Assembly (NCBI GenBank): GCA_963835945.1
Contig: CAWIHR010000077.1
Location: 6,792 to 70,791 of the forward strand
Direction: 5' to 3'
Length of the DNA: 64,000 nt
Source of the DNA: an uncultured Chloroflexia bacterium
GTDB taxonomy: Bacteria; Chloroflexota; Limnocylindria; Limnocylindrales; CSP1-4
Positions 7,470 through 15,446 of the stretch are shown piece after piece. Each line of letters begins with the position of its first letter. Positions within the stretch are counted from its first letter, which is position 1. The notes under the pieces are model-generated. The model was given only the letters and a program-made list of their open reading frames with translations, did no database searches and was not told the origin of the DNA. The position numbers were made by a program, and so were the translations under genes.

Positions 7470-7900
7470 GGTCGGCCTCCTCGCCACGGGTGATCGCGTC
7501 GAAGCGTCGCGAGGGCAGCGGTCGCACCATCCGCCTGCACGTCATCCGGCGGCGCAGCCTTCGCGACGGTGGGCCCGGGCGCGTTCGTCCTCGCCTTCAC
7601 GATCCGGCCCCCGGAGCGCCATGGTGTCTCACTCTGCAGGATGCCCAGCGCGCTCGACACTCCACCGTCAGGCGCACTCTTTGCGACGGTCGGAGCCGCC
7701 CCGCCGAACACGGCCGGAGCCGCGTCGGTGGAGAGAGCCGAGCGAGCCTTCTGAACCTGCGCCCGCGCCTTTCGGATGAGCGCCAGGCGGGCAGTGCGAG
7801 TCGGCGTCGGCGGCTTCGAGCTGAGGATGCCCTCGGCCTCGCTGAGCGCCGCTGCCGCGCGGTCAAGTGCAGCGAGCTTCGTCTCGCCCGGCGTGGTCAT
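7466..7900 (-). CDS. hypothetical protein (144 aa) with internal repeat
   Basis: Packed 2 nt after the upstream stop. Repeats PTVAK(S/A)APxxxV...PWRxGG. Confidence 0.55.
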   Translation of the reverse strand: MTTPGETKLAALDRAAAALSEAEGILSSKPPTPTRTARLALIRKARAQVQKARSALSTDAAPAVFGGAAPTVAKSAPDGGVSSALGILQSETPWRSGGRIVKARTNAPGPTVAKAAPPDDVQADGATAALATLRRDHPWRGGRP

Positions 7901-7902
7901 CG

Positions 7903-8151
7903 TCAGACGCCCCCGCCGGGCGTGCTTGTCAGCGAGACGAACAGCGGCGTTACGCTGGCGCCCGCGCTGTGCGAGGTCGCCTCGGAACCATTTGCCCCGC
8001 GATCGACAAACAAGGGGTTATCGGGCCGGGTGGTGATCTTCATGACCTCGGCATCGACCTCGACGGCGAACGTCCCGGCGGGCAGTCCGTCGCCCGCGAG
8101 CACAATGGGATCGGAATCGCGGAAGATGTTTTCGGCGAGCGTGGTAGCCAT
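7903..8151 (-). CDS. hypothetical protein (82 aa) with phage tail-fibre-like RG-x2-G-x2-A-x2-H-x2-G motif
   Basis: ATG follows GAGAGAGAAGGA. The segment FVDRGANGSEATSHSAGASV resembles a motif I recall from actinophage minor tail proteins (memory only). Confidence 0.5.
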   Translation of the reverse strand: MATTLAENIFRDSDPIVLAGDGLPAGTFAVEVDAEVMKITTRPDNPLFVDRGANGSEATSHSAGASVTPLFVSLTSTPGGGV

Positions 8152-8168
8152 GTTCGGGTCCTTCTCTC

Positions 8169-8828
8169 TCAGTAGCCGTCGGGCGGGAAAATGAACAGCC
8201 TCGGGATGGCGAGGCAGGGGATGCGCGCCACGTCCCAGCGCAGATCGGCCGCCATCGGGTCGAGCCGCCCTACCGTCTGCGCCGCCTGCGGGTTCCTGTC
8301 GAAGTCGGCGGCGCCCTTGGCGAGCTCGTGGAACTCCTGGCCGAGCAGGGCTCGGCGGTTGAGCACCTCGACCAGCGGGGCGAGCAGGCGGTCGATTTCT
8401 GCGTCGGACGCCTCGGCCTCGGCCATGAGCTCGGCGGCTTTCGTCCGCATCTCGGCCGCGGTGCGCGCCATCACGGCGGCCCCGTGGGACCGTTGCGCGG
8501 CCGCCTGCTCGGCGGTCAGGACGGCCTCCTGTTCGCGCAGTTCGGCCAGGGCGTCGGATACTGCGCGGTGCCGCTCGAGCAGGGCCGCGGTGCTCGAGGG
8601 CTTCGCCTCGCCCCGCACGACGGCCAGACGGTTTCGGGTGAGGGCCTCGACGGCATCGGCGAGGGCGGCCTCCGCGGCGGCGATCTCGGCCCGGAGCAGC
8701 TCGGCCCGCTGGCGCCAGGTGTCGAGCTCGGCCCACCGCGCCTCCGCCTCGGCCGTGGCAGCGGCCAGCGCCTCGGCGAGTGGATCGGGCACGCTGGCAG
8801 CGGGCGGGACCTCAGACACTAGGACCAT
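8169..8828 (-). CDS. Ala/Glu-rich coiled-coil protein (219 aa)
   Basis: Internal ATG at 8828 is preceded by GAAGAGGGGAA. Long heptad-like AEAxxAL stretches. Confidence 0.6.
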   Translation of the reverse strand: MVLVSEVPPAASVPDPLAEALAAATAEAEARWAELDTWRQRAELLRAEIAAAEAALADAVEALTRNRLAVVRGEAKPSSTAALLERHRAVSDALAELREQEAVLTAEQAAAQRSHGAAVMARTAAEMRTKAAELMAEAEASDAEIDRLLAPLVEVLNRRALLGQEFHELAKGAADFDRNPQAAQTVGRLDPMAADLRWDVARIPCLAIPRLFIFPPDGY

Positions 8829-9590
8829 GGCGGGTTCCCCTCTTCGGATGGCGATAGGGCGTGGAGTGGCGGCGGCGCGAGTGATGGGCCGGCCACAGGC
8901 TGGGCGGCCGGGTGCCAGCCCGACAGCTCGGGCACCAGGCCAACATGCGGGGACCGAGGGGCTGGTGGCAGCGGTCGCACAGGCCGAGCCCGAAGGGCTC
9001 GAGCGGCGGGACGGGAACGGCAGGCCCTCGGTCATCTCGCGGTTTCTGCCATCCCCGGCGGGATGCACGGTCACGACGTAAACCTGTTGCTGCACATCCC
9101 GCGAGAGCGGCGGGAGCGCGCGCGGACTCCGGCCGTCGGCGCTGGCGTCCGGCTGTGGGCCGACGCCAGCTACCGGGAAACTGGGGCGGAACGGCGTCGC
9201 GGGACCGGCCTGATCGTCGTTTATCCCGTGCCGTTCACCATGCCAGGCCTCCGCATAGAGGTCGCGCGGTTGGTCGTTCATTGCTTGCTCCAATCCGGTT
9301 GGTATGGCGGCTCGTTGGTATGGCGGCTCGGCGGTGATCCCGCGCGCCGCCAGGTGGGCGACGATGGTCCGCGCCATCTCGTCAAACTTTGCCCGGCTGA
9401 GATACGGCCGGGCGAGCTCGAGGAACGTCAGGGCGGCGATCAGCCGCACGGTCTCGCGAGCACCGGCGGATCGATCGCCGGCGTCGAGGCCTGCCCCGCC
9501 GGGTCGGTCGTCCCCCGGCCGGATCGATCCCTCGAGCTCCACCGGCAGGAAAGGAAGCTGTCGGTAGGTCCCGGGACAAGCCTTATCCAT
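8812..9590 (-). CDS. hypothetical protein with C-terminal zinc ribbon, reading frame shifts near 9030-9060
   Basis: The 5' part is in the frame of ORF 8169-9590 (MDKACPGTYRQLPF...). The 3' part in another frame, ..PLEPFGLGLCDRCHQPLGPRMLAWCPSCRAG.., has much higher GC3 and ends at a TGA at 8812. Confidence 0.45.
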
Positions 9591-10017
9591 CGAGAGCCTC
9601 GGCGTAGCGTGCGGCGAAGGCGGGCGAGACGCGCAGCGCGCCCTCTGCGGCCGAGAGACGCTGGCGGCACAGGCCGAGCCGCGCGGCGAGCTGCGCCTGT
9701 GTCAGGCCCGCTCGCCGGCGGGCGGCGCGCAGGTCCGGGCCGGTGGTATCCATCGCGGATAGCGTCGCGCTCGGCTCGGCGTCCGGACAGGGGTCGAAAG
9801 ACGGCCCCCCTGCTATAGCGGCGATGGCGGCGACGGCCTGCACGAGCGCGTCCACGGAAAGTCGCTCGCGTGCCGCGGCGGCGTGACGCGCGACGGTTCG
9901 CTGGCGGATGCCGAGCTCATGGGCGACGGCCTTGGTGCCTCCGAGTCGGCCATAGGTGATCAGCACCTCTCGTTGCCTCGGCGTCAGGCTGTCGAGCGGC
10001 CCCGGGACGCCGGTCAC
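9583..10017 (-). CDS. dual HTH DNA-binding regulator (LuxR/sigma-r4-like plus XRE-like)
   Basis: GTGA overlap with the upstream gene. LTPRQREVLITYGRLGGTKAVAHELGIRQRTVARH is followed by LRAARRRAGLTQAQLAARLGLCRQRLSAAE. Confidence 0.65.
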   Translation of the reverse strand: MTGVPGPLDSLTPRQREVLITYGRLGGTKAVAHELGIRQRTVARHAAAARERLSVDALVQAVAAIAAIAGGPSFDPCPDAEPSATLSAMDTTGPDLRAARRRAGLTQAQLAARLGLCRQRLSAAEGALRVSPAFAARYAEALDG

Positions 10018-10259
10018 GGCAGGAGCCTCGGCGGGGCGACGGCGGACAGGAACGCGGACCGCTCGGCATCGCTCGGCTCGACTAGCAGGGCGATCGCGTC
10101 GGCCGCATGTCCGCCAGGCGAGACGGCAGGCAGGCATTGCGGGTTAGCGCCGGCCCGGCAGGCGTAGCGGGGCGGGCGGTCCGGACGGACGCGCGACAGG
10201 ATGACGAGCAGGTCCCGCGGCTCCGGGTTGCCGCACGAGTAGCAGGCCGGCACCTTCAT
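10014..10259 (-). CDS. hypothetical Cys-containing protein (81 aa)
   Basis: ATGA overlap with the upstream ORF. Very high GC3. Begins MKVPACYSCGNPEPRD. Confidence 0.5.
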   Translation of the reverse strand: MKVPACYSCGNPEPRDLLVILSRVRPDRPPRYACRAGANPQCLPAVSPGGHAADAIALLVEPSDAERSAFLSAVAPPRLLP

Positions 10260-10441
10260 GCCACCGGCCTCCGGTCGGTCGGCTTGGGCAAACGGGAGCG
10301 GTGGACGTAGACCGGCACTCCGGTCGCGAGGTCGCGATGTGTCAGGAGCGGGCGGCACCAGCACCACGGCGAGGCTGAGTGGTCACGCCCCGGCAGTTCG
10401 ATAGGCGCAGCATGGATCGGGAGCGGTGGGCGGGTACTCAT
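10256..10441 (-). CDS. hypothetical protein (61 aa)
   Basis: First ORF after the repeat-rich intergenic region. Translationally coupled to the next gene. Confidence 0.45.
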   Translation of the reverse strand: MSTRPPLPIHAAPIELPGRDHSASPWCWCRPLLTHRDLATGVPVYVHRSRLPKPTDRRPVA

Positions 10442-10453
10442 CTCTGAGGCCCT

Positions 10454-10570
10454 GCATTGCGTTTCGGGTGCGCAATGCCGGCGGCTCTCTCTTCGTAGAA
10501 GAGAGCCGTCATTGCGTCTCCCGCAATGCGCTCATTGCGCTGGCGTTGCGTTCCATTGCGCTCGTTGCGC
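10454..10570. repeat. array of CATTGCG/CGCAATG 7-8-mers (iteron- or operator-like)
   Basis: IR GCATTGCG-N9-CGCAATGC (10454-10478). IR CGGCTCTCT..AGAGAGCCG (10482-10508). IR CATTGCG-N5-CGCAATG (10510-10528). Tandem CATTGCGCT(G)GCGTTGCG appears twice (10533-10570). Confidence 0.7.
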
Positions 10571-10604
10571 TGGGCGGTCGGCAGGACCGTGCGCGGTGCG
10601 CGTC

Positions 10605-11549
10605 TTACCGGTCACTGACGGCCACCCATCGATGGTCAGGCATCTTGAGGAAGCGCCCCGACCTGCTGCCCTGGCTGAGGTAGGCCCGCACCACGTTCGC
10701 GGCCATGCCGGTGCCATCGACGATGTCCGAGGCGTCGCTGCGCCCATGCTCCGTGAAGAACCGCTCGACGCGGTCGATGCCGCGCATGGCGGCCGCGACA
10801 AGCTCGGGCGTCGCGATCTCTTCGCGCGCGACCCGGATCATGCGCGGCGGCTCGTGCCCATCGAACTCGAGGCGGATGCCGACTGGCGCGACCGGCGCCC
10901 CGTTTGTCTTGGTACAGATCAGGGCCAGATGCAGGAAGCCGTCGGCGCCAGCTGACTCACGCCGCAGGGCGAACACACGCCGCGAGTCGTTCATCTTGTA
11001 GATCGAGCCGTATGGTTTCGCGGCCGGACGCTCCGACTCGACGTCGGCACCGGCCACGTGGTCCAGCAGGACGGCCGAGCAGTGGAGCTCGCGCAGTGCC
11101 ATGAACATCCGCTTAGTCGTCTCTTCGGCGGATCCGCCCTCGGTCGTCTGCCCCAGCGCGCCGCCGACCGCGTCGACGATCACCATCACGACGTCGCGCT
11201 CTTGCACGAAACTCGCGATCTCTTCGACCTGGTCGGCGAGCGGCCGCATCCCGCAGTGTCGGTACGCGATGTCGGGTGCCTCGATCCCAGCGCCGGCGGC
11301 GATCGCCGCAATGAGCGCGTTCCACGTGTCGAGGTCGTTCTCCCAGTCGAGCACGAGCACGCCGCCCTGTCGCGGCTCGAGTCCTGGGACGATTGCCACT
11401 CCCGCCGCGACGCTCACCGCGAACACGGCGCCGAGGATTGTCTTGCCGGTGCCGCCCGGGCCGTGGATGGTGATCGGTAAGACGTCGGGCACAACGCCGG
11501 CGATGCGGTAGACGAGTTCACGCGCGGCGACCGGCCGGCGGCCGACCAT
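10605..11549 (-). CDS. RepA-like RecA-fold P-loop ATPase (AAA_25-type)
   Basis: Walker A motif ITIHGPGGTGKT and Walker B-like VMVIVDAVG. This architecture is typical of replication/primase-helicase ATPases of actinobacterial integrative elements. Confidence 0.8.
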   Translation of the reverse strand: MVGRRPVAARELVYRIAGVVPDVLPITIHGPGGTGKTILGAVFAVSVAAGVAIVPGLEPRQGGVLVLDWENDLDTWNALIAAIAAGAGIEAPDIAYRHCGMRPLADQVEEIASFVQERDVVMVIVDAVGGALGQTTEGGSAEETTKRMFMALRELHCSAVLLDHVAGADVESERPAAKPYGSIYKMNDSRRVFALRRESAGADGFLHLALICTKTNGAPVAPVGIRLEFDGHEPPRMIRVAREEIATPELVAAAMRGIDRVERFFTEHGRSDASDIVDGTGMAANVVRAYLSQGSRSGRFLKMPDHRWVAVSDR

Positions 11550-12112
11550 CTCGAACGGCTCTGCCTGCTCGCGGGCCCGGATGACCGCGAGGCTGGCCCA
11601 CTCGAGCAGATCGCGCCAGGGCGACTGTCCCGCCCGTCTTCTCTGCGAGCAGCTTCGCTCGGGCCGCCCGTGCGCTCGAGCTCGTCAGGTCCAGCGTGCC
11701 GTGGTCGACGTGCTGATCCCGGTGGCGTACGACGAGGTAGGCTGCGGCACTCGCCGCGGCTCCAGCGCAGCCGGCTGATCTCGAGCTCGCTCGGGTCCGC
11801 CATGACGAGGAAGCCGAGCCCCTGTCGCACGAGCAGCGGCTCCCCGGTGCGGAGTGAGCGGTCTAGTGCAGCGGCTTCTTCGGGCGGTAAGTCGGGCGGG
11901 CGCGGGATGCTCTCGACGTCCGCCAGGACGGGCGGCGGCTCGGCCATGACTTGGTCCCGGTACGCGATCGCCTGCGCCCGGTGCCGGAGCTGCACCTGCT
12001 CGGCCGTGAACTCCTCGAGGGCCAGCCCGTCGTCCTCGTCAGCCTCGGGCGGCGGTATCGGGGCGACGATCCACGCTCCGTCGTCGGCGGGCATCGGCTC
12101 GGCCCCGTTCAT
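11550..12112 (-). pseudogene. probable N-terminal region of the RepA-like protein, split over three frames
   Basis: Frame 1 reads MNGAEPMPADD...SELEISRLRWS. Frame 2 reads AAASAAAYLVVRHRDQHVDHGTLDLTSSSARAARAKLLAEKTGG. Frame 3 reads QSPWRDLLEWASLAVIRAREQAEPFEMVGRR and runs into the ATPase ORF. Confidence 0.4.
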
Positions 12113-12342
12113 TGCGGCCCCCACCACGGGCGGAACCCGGCGGCCAGCATCCGTCGAGTGAACGCGGAGCCACGGACTCGGCGAAACGGGATCACGTTTG
12201 CCGGCGCCGGGGCAGGCTTCGGCGGTTGTGGAGTAGCGGGCGGGCGCGAGCCCCTGCTAGCATCTCGGCGGGAGTCTGAGGTACGCACAGAGACGGACTC
12301 CTCCGGGCCGGGTGCAGTCGAGGCGCCCGGTCCGTCTATTCA

Positions 12343-12360
12343 GGGCGGGCGTTCCCGCCC
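12343..12360 (-). terminator. short GC hairpin GGGCGGG-CGTT-CCCGCCC after the excisionase-like gene
   Basis: Perfect 7-bp stem 15 nt downstream of the stop at 12375. No U-tract. Confidence 0.3.
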
Positions 12361-12374
12361 CCGAGTGAGGGAGT

Positions 12375-12695
12375 TCAGGCGGCCGCATGAGGCGCCGCCT
12401 TCGACGGGTGCCGGCGGCCGGCCGGAGCGGGCGCAGTGGCGAGCCTCTCAACCTCCGAAGATGGGATCAGTCGGCGCCCGCCTACCGTCACGCTCTGCAC
12501 GGTGCCGGCGGCCATGAGGCTGTAGAGCGTCGAGCGGGACATACCGCCCAGCCGCTCCGCGGCGCGCTTCACGTCTAGCAGCTCGACGGGTGCGGGGCGT
12601 GCCGCGTCGGCCGATCGCTCGGCGGCGACGGCCAGCACGGCCGCGACGAGCTCGCGGGTAGCGACCTCGAGCCGGGCCTCGGCGGGCGTGGTCAC
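12375..12695 (-). CDS. xis: excisionase-family (MerR-like) HTH DNA-binding protein
   Basis: GTG at 12695 overlaps the RHH stop (GTGA). LLDVKRAAERLGGMSRSTLYSLMAAGTVQSVTVGGRRLIPSSEVERL matches the excisionase-type HTH pattern. Confidence 0.7.
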   Translation of the reverse strand: MTTPAEARLEVATRELVAAVLAVAAERSADAARPAPVELLDVKRAAERLGGMSRSTLYSLMAAGTVQSVTVGGRRLIPSSEVERLATAPAPAGRRHPSKAAPHAAA

Positions 12696-12886
12696 GGCCG
12701 CGGCTCCGGCGAGGGCGTAGCCGGAGGAACGGCGGACGATCGCCCGCGCGCGCGCTCGGCTCTCTCGAGCCCGTCCAGGATCAGCCTGGCGGCCTGGGCC
12801 CGCGGGTCGCGGAGCTCGCACCGCGCGAGGGCGATCAGTCGATCGACAGCGCTGGCCGGGAGCTCGACGCGTACCCAACGGTTCAC
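12692..12886 (-). CDS. ribbon-helix-helix (CopG-like) protein
   Basis: VRVELPASAVDRLIALARCELRDPRAQAARLILDGLERAE fits a beta-strand plus two helices. Coupled to xis. Confidence 0.6.
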   Translation of the reverse strand: MNRWVRVELPASAVDRLIALARCELRDPRAQAARLILDGLERAERARGRSSAVPPATPSPEPRP

Positions 12887-12965
12887 GAGTCGAGTGTGCG
12901 GCGGGTCAGCCTGACAGAGACTGACTCCGCCCGGACAAGTAGCCTGACAAATGACGCGAAGGCGA

Positions 12966-13499
12966 TCAGTCGAAGCGGGGCGGCCAGCCCGGGATGCGGA
13001 GGTCGTCCTGTGCGCGCTTCAGCGTCCGCCCGCTGTAACTCGGCCAGCCCATCTCTTCGTTGAGGATGCCTGCCACTACGTCCCGACTGTAGCGCGGGCC
13101 GTGGCTCTTCTTTGCACGCGAGCATCCCTCTTGGAGCATCGCTCGGGTCAGGCTCCGGGCAACCTGTGGCGCGTCAGGGTCCGGGGATAGCTCGGCGGAT
13201 GCGCTGAGGGTTCGCTCGGTGAGGCTCCCCCGGACGTACTCCGCGATCGCGTGGCGATCCCGAAGGCTCTCCGTCGGCGCCAGGCTGATGCCGTAGCTCT
13301 TGAGGTCCATGCGGACGCGCCCGGCCATCCTGGCGATTTCGTCGACGATCTCCTCTTCGCTCCACCCCTCGGCGACGCCTTGCGCGATCATCCCCGCCCG
13401 TGCCCCCTCGAGCATCCGGCCAGCGGCCCGCGTAAGGCCGTCTAGGTCGCGAGCCTCTAGCGGAGCGGCCCCCTTCGTGTTGCCATCCTCGCCGCTCAC
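12966..13499 (-). CDS. hypothetical protein (177 aa), translationally coupled to integrase
   Basis: Its start overlaps the integrase stop by 4 nt. No family recognised. Confidence 0.6.
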   Translation of the reverse strand: MSGEDGNTKGAAPLEARDLDGLTRAAGRMLEGARAGMIAQGVAEGWSEEEIVDEIARMAGRVRMDLKSYGISLAPTESLRDRHAIAEYVRGSLTERTLSASAELSPDPDAPQVARSLTRAMLQEGCSRAKKSHGPRYSRDVVAGILNEEMGWPSYSGRTLKRAQDDLRIPGWPPRFD

Positions 13500-14653
13500 G
13501 ACGCACCCCCGAGCGCCCGCTCGATCGCATTCGCGGCCTCGCGCTTCTGTGCCCGGTCCATGTGCGCGTACACGTCGGCGGTTATCGCGATCGTGCTATG
13601 TCCGAGAGCATCGGAGACGAGCTTGAGAGGGACTCCCTGCGCGAGCATGAGAGACGCGACGCCGTGCCGAAGATCGTGGAACCGGACGCGAGGCAGGCCG
13701 AGCCGTGCCAGCGTCGCGTGGAACTCCCGGTCTACCGTCCAAGAACGCAACGAGCGGCCCAGTGCGTCAGTGAACACGAGCCCGTCGCGATCCTGCCACA
13801 GCTCCCCGGCGGCGAGCCGTTGCGCGGCCTGGCGGGCTCGTTGACGCCGGAGCGCCCGGACGGTGGTAGGTCCGAGCTCGAGGGTGCGCCGGCTGCGCGG
13901 TGTCTTCGTCTCGGCCAGCCCCCAACCGCCCCCGCGGATGCGGGCCATGCTGTGCCGGACGGTGAGCGTTGGTGCCGGCCCCTCGAGCTCCACGTCGGCC
14001 CATGTCAGGCCGAGTACCTCCCCCTGCCGGAGCCCGGTGGTCGCGGCCACGGCGAAGAGCGGGGCGAGGTCCCCGTCGTCCTCGAGCAGGGCCCGCGTCT
14101 CCTCAGCGGTCAGGACGTGCATCTCGCGGCGCGCGACGGCCGGAGGACGCGACAATGCCGCGACATTGCGAACAATGAGCTCGTCTCGCTGGGCGTCGCC
14201 GAGAGCGCGGCGCAGCGTCCCGCGGATGCCACGCGCCGTCACGCCGGAGCGCCCGCGCGACAGGACCGTGGTCATTAGGCGATCCACGTCCGAGGGTCGC
14301 AGGTCCGCCAGGGGAATATGGCCGAGCTCCGGGATCAACCAGTCCCGGCAGTGCTGCGCCCGGGCCCGCCAGCTCGCGGAGCGCACCCGGCCCTCCTCGG
14401 CTGCCAGCCATCCGGCCAGGTAGTCCGCGACCGTCGTCCGCGCGGTCGGGCGTCCCGTGTCCTCAAGCCGGCGCCGCAGATCGCGCAGTCGCTCCCGCAC
14501 GATCGCTTGCGACTGGCCGGAGACGACGTGCCGGGTATGCCGCCCGTCGGCGTCAACCGCGACGATGGCACCCCGCCATCGGCCGTCGGCAGTGTGGTAG
14601 ATGCTCCCCTCGCCTCTTGGGCGGCGGCGTCGGGGGGTGGTAGTCTCGTTCAT
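13496..14653 (-). CDS. int: tyrosine-type site-specific integrase
   Basis: 385 aa. Has an N-terminal SAM-like domain. Catalytic pattern is R (GLRQGEVLGL), HDLRH, and Y in ADVYAHM. Confidence 0.95.
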   Translation of the reverse strand: MNETTTPRRRRPRGEGSIYHTADGRWRGAIVAVDADGRHTRHVVSGQSQAIVRERLRDLRRRLEDTGRPTARTTVADYLAGWLAAEEGRVRSASWRARAQHCRDWLIPELGHIPLADLRPSDVDRLMTTVLSRGRSGVTARGIRGTLRRALGDAQRDELIVRNVAALSRPPAVARREMHVLTAEETRALLEDDGDLAPLFAVAATTGLRQGEVLGLTWADVELEGPAPTLTVRHSMARIRGGGWGLAETKTPRSRRTLELGPTTVRALRRQRARQAAQRLAAGELWQDRDGLVFTDALGRSLRSWTVDREFHATLARLGLPRVRFHDLRHGVASLMLAQGVPLKLVSDALGHSTIAITADVYAHMDRAQKREAANAIERALGGAS

Positions 14654-14747
14654 GGTGCCGACCTCCGCAACAGGTCTGTGCGCCGGGACCCTCGGACCGT
14701 TCGCGCGGCCGGGGGTCCGTCCTTGTCCGGCTATGCTACCGGATGCA

Positions 14748-15122
14748 CTACCATTCGGGCGTCAGGGTGCCATCTTGAGCACGAACACGGCCCGAAGCAA
14801 CAAGCGATATGATCGTCGCGCCGGCCTGTGAGACCGCCACGTTCATGGCGCCGATGAAGACTGGGCCGCCGACCAGGGCGAGAACCGCGAGCCTTGCGAT
14901 CTGTTGGTTCGTTGGCTTCGGCGGTCGTGGACCCAGACCGCCGAGCGCCACAACCGCGGCCAGCCCCGCCGTCGCCAGCAACCCGCGCCACGTCGTCGCG
15001 GACAGCGGAGCGAAGGACCGCAGCACGAACGCGGTCGCCACGTAGGACGTGCCGAACAGGACCGCCGCGGTCGCCGACGCGGCCATGCCGAGCCACTTCG
15101 TCGCGGCGACTCCCGCCCCCAA
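14748..15122 (-). pseudogene. EamA/DMT-family transporter gene truncated at the island junction
   Basis: Only about 3.5 TM helices are present (..VLFGTSYVATAFVLRSF.., ..LALVGGPVFIGAMNVAVSQAGATIISLVAS). They are followed by an unrelated lower-GC tail GRVRAQDGTLTPEW and a stop. Confidence 0.6.
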
Positions 15123-15368
15123 TGCCAGTCACCGCCGGCAACGGTACCGTTCGGCGCCCGGTGCGACAAGCAGAGCGGTGCGTCAGCTCCCGCCGGAACG
15201 GACGCCGAGCAGGCCGTCCAGCAGGTGGGACCGCCGTGTGTCGTCGAAAACCCTGAGGGGATGGACGCATTGGAGGTGTGGGTCGACGTGGCGAAGACCG
15301 CAGGGGGAGATCCTGCACACGTGGGCGACGTCACGATCGTCGTGCGACGCGGCGCCCAGCAACTGCGA

Positions 15369-15392
15369 GGACCGGGCGTCTCCACCCGGTCC
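15369..15392. terminator. hairpin GGACCGGG-N8-CCCGGTCC downstream of ppdK
   Basis: 8-bp perfect stem about 55 nt after the ppdK stop. No clear U-tract. Confidence 0.35.
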
Positions 15393-15446
15393 TCCGTTCG
15401 ATGAGCCCCCCGGCGGGGCGCCGGGCGGGCGGTAGCGGTTGCCCCG

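Larger units (their letters stand above)
1..14795. mobile_element. Right-hand ~14.8 kb of an integrated mobile element (prophage/satellite-like genomic island); left end outside window
   Basis: Tyrosine integrase at 13496-14653 abuts a truncated host transporter gene. Also carries an excisionase-type HTH, an RHH protein, a RepA-like ATPase and an iteron-like array. About 25 tightly packed same-strand ORFs show no housekeeping similarity. GC dips locally. Confidence 0.7.

Noticed and set aside
10482-10508. Palindrome CGGCTCTCT..AGAGAGCCG as the rho-independent terminator of the rep gene
   Set aside because: There is no U-tract on either strand, and it is embedded within the CATTGCG array. It was kept as part of the regulatory or origin-like region instead.
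14654-14800. tRNA or tmRNA gene as the integration target next to int
   Set aside because: No cloverleaf-compatible sequence or T-loop (GGTTCGAnnC-like) motif could be found by eye. The flanking sequence reads as a truncated DMT gene instead. A tRNAscan run would be needed to be certain.
15259-15404. Small plus-strand ORF MDALEVWVDVAKTAGGDPAHVGDVTIVVRRGAQQL..
   Set aside because: It is only 47 codons, the SD-like GAGGGG abuts the ATG with no spacer, and there is no homology. It may be a fragment left by the island insertion.
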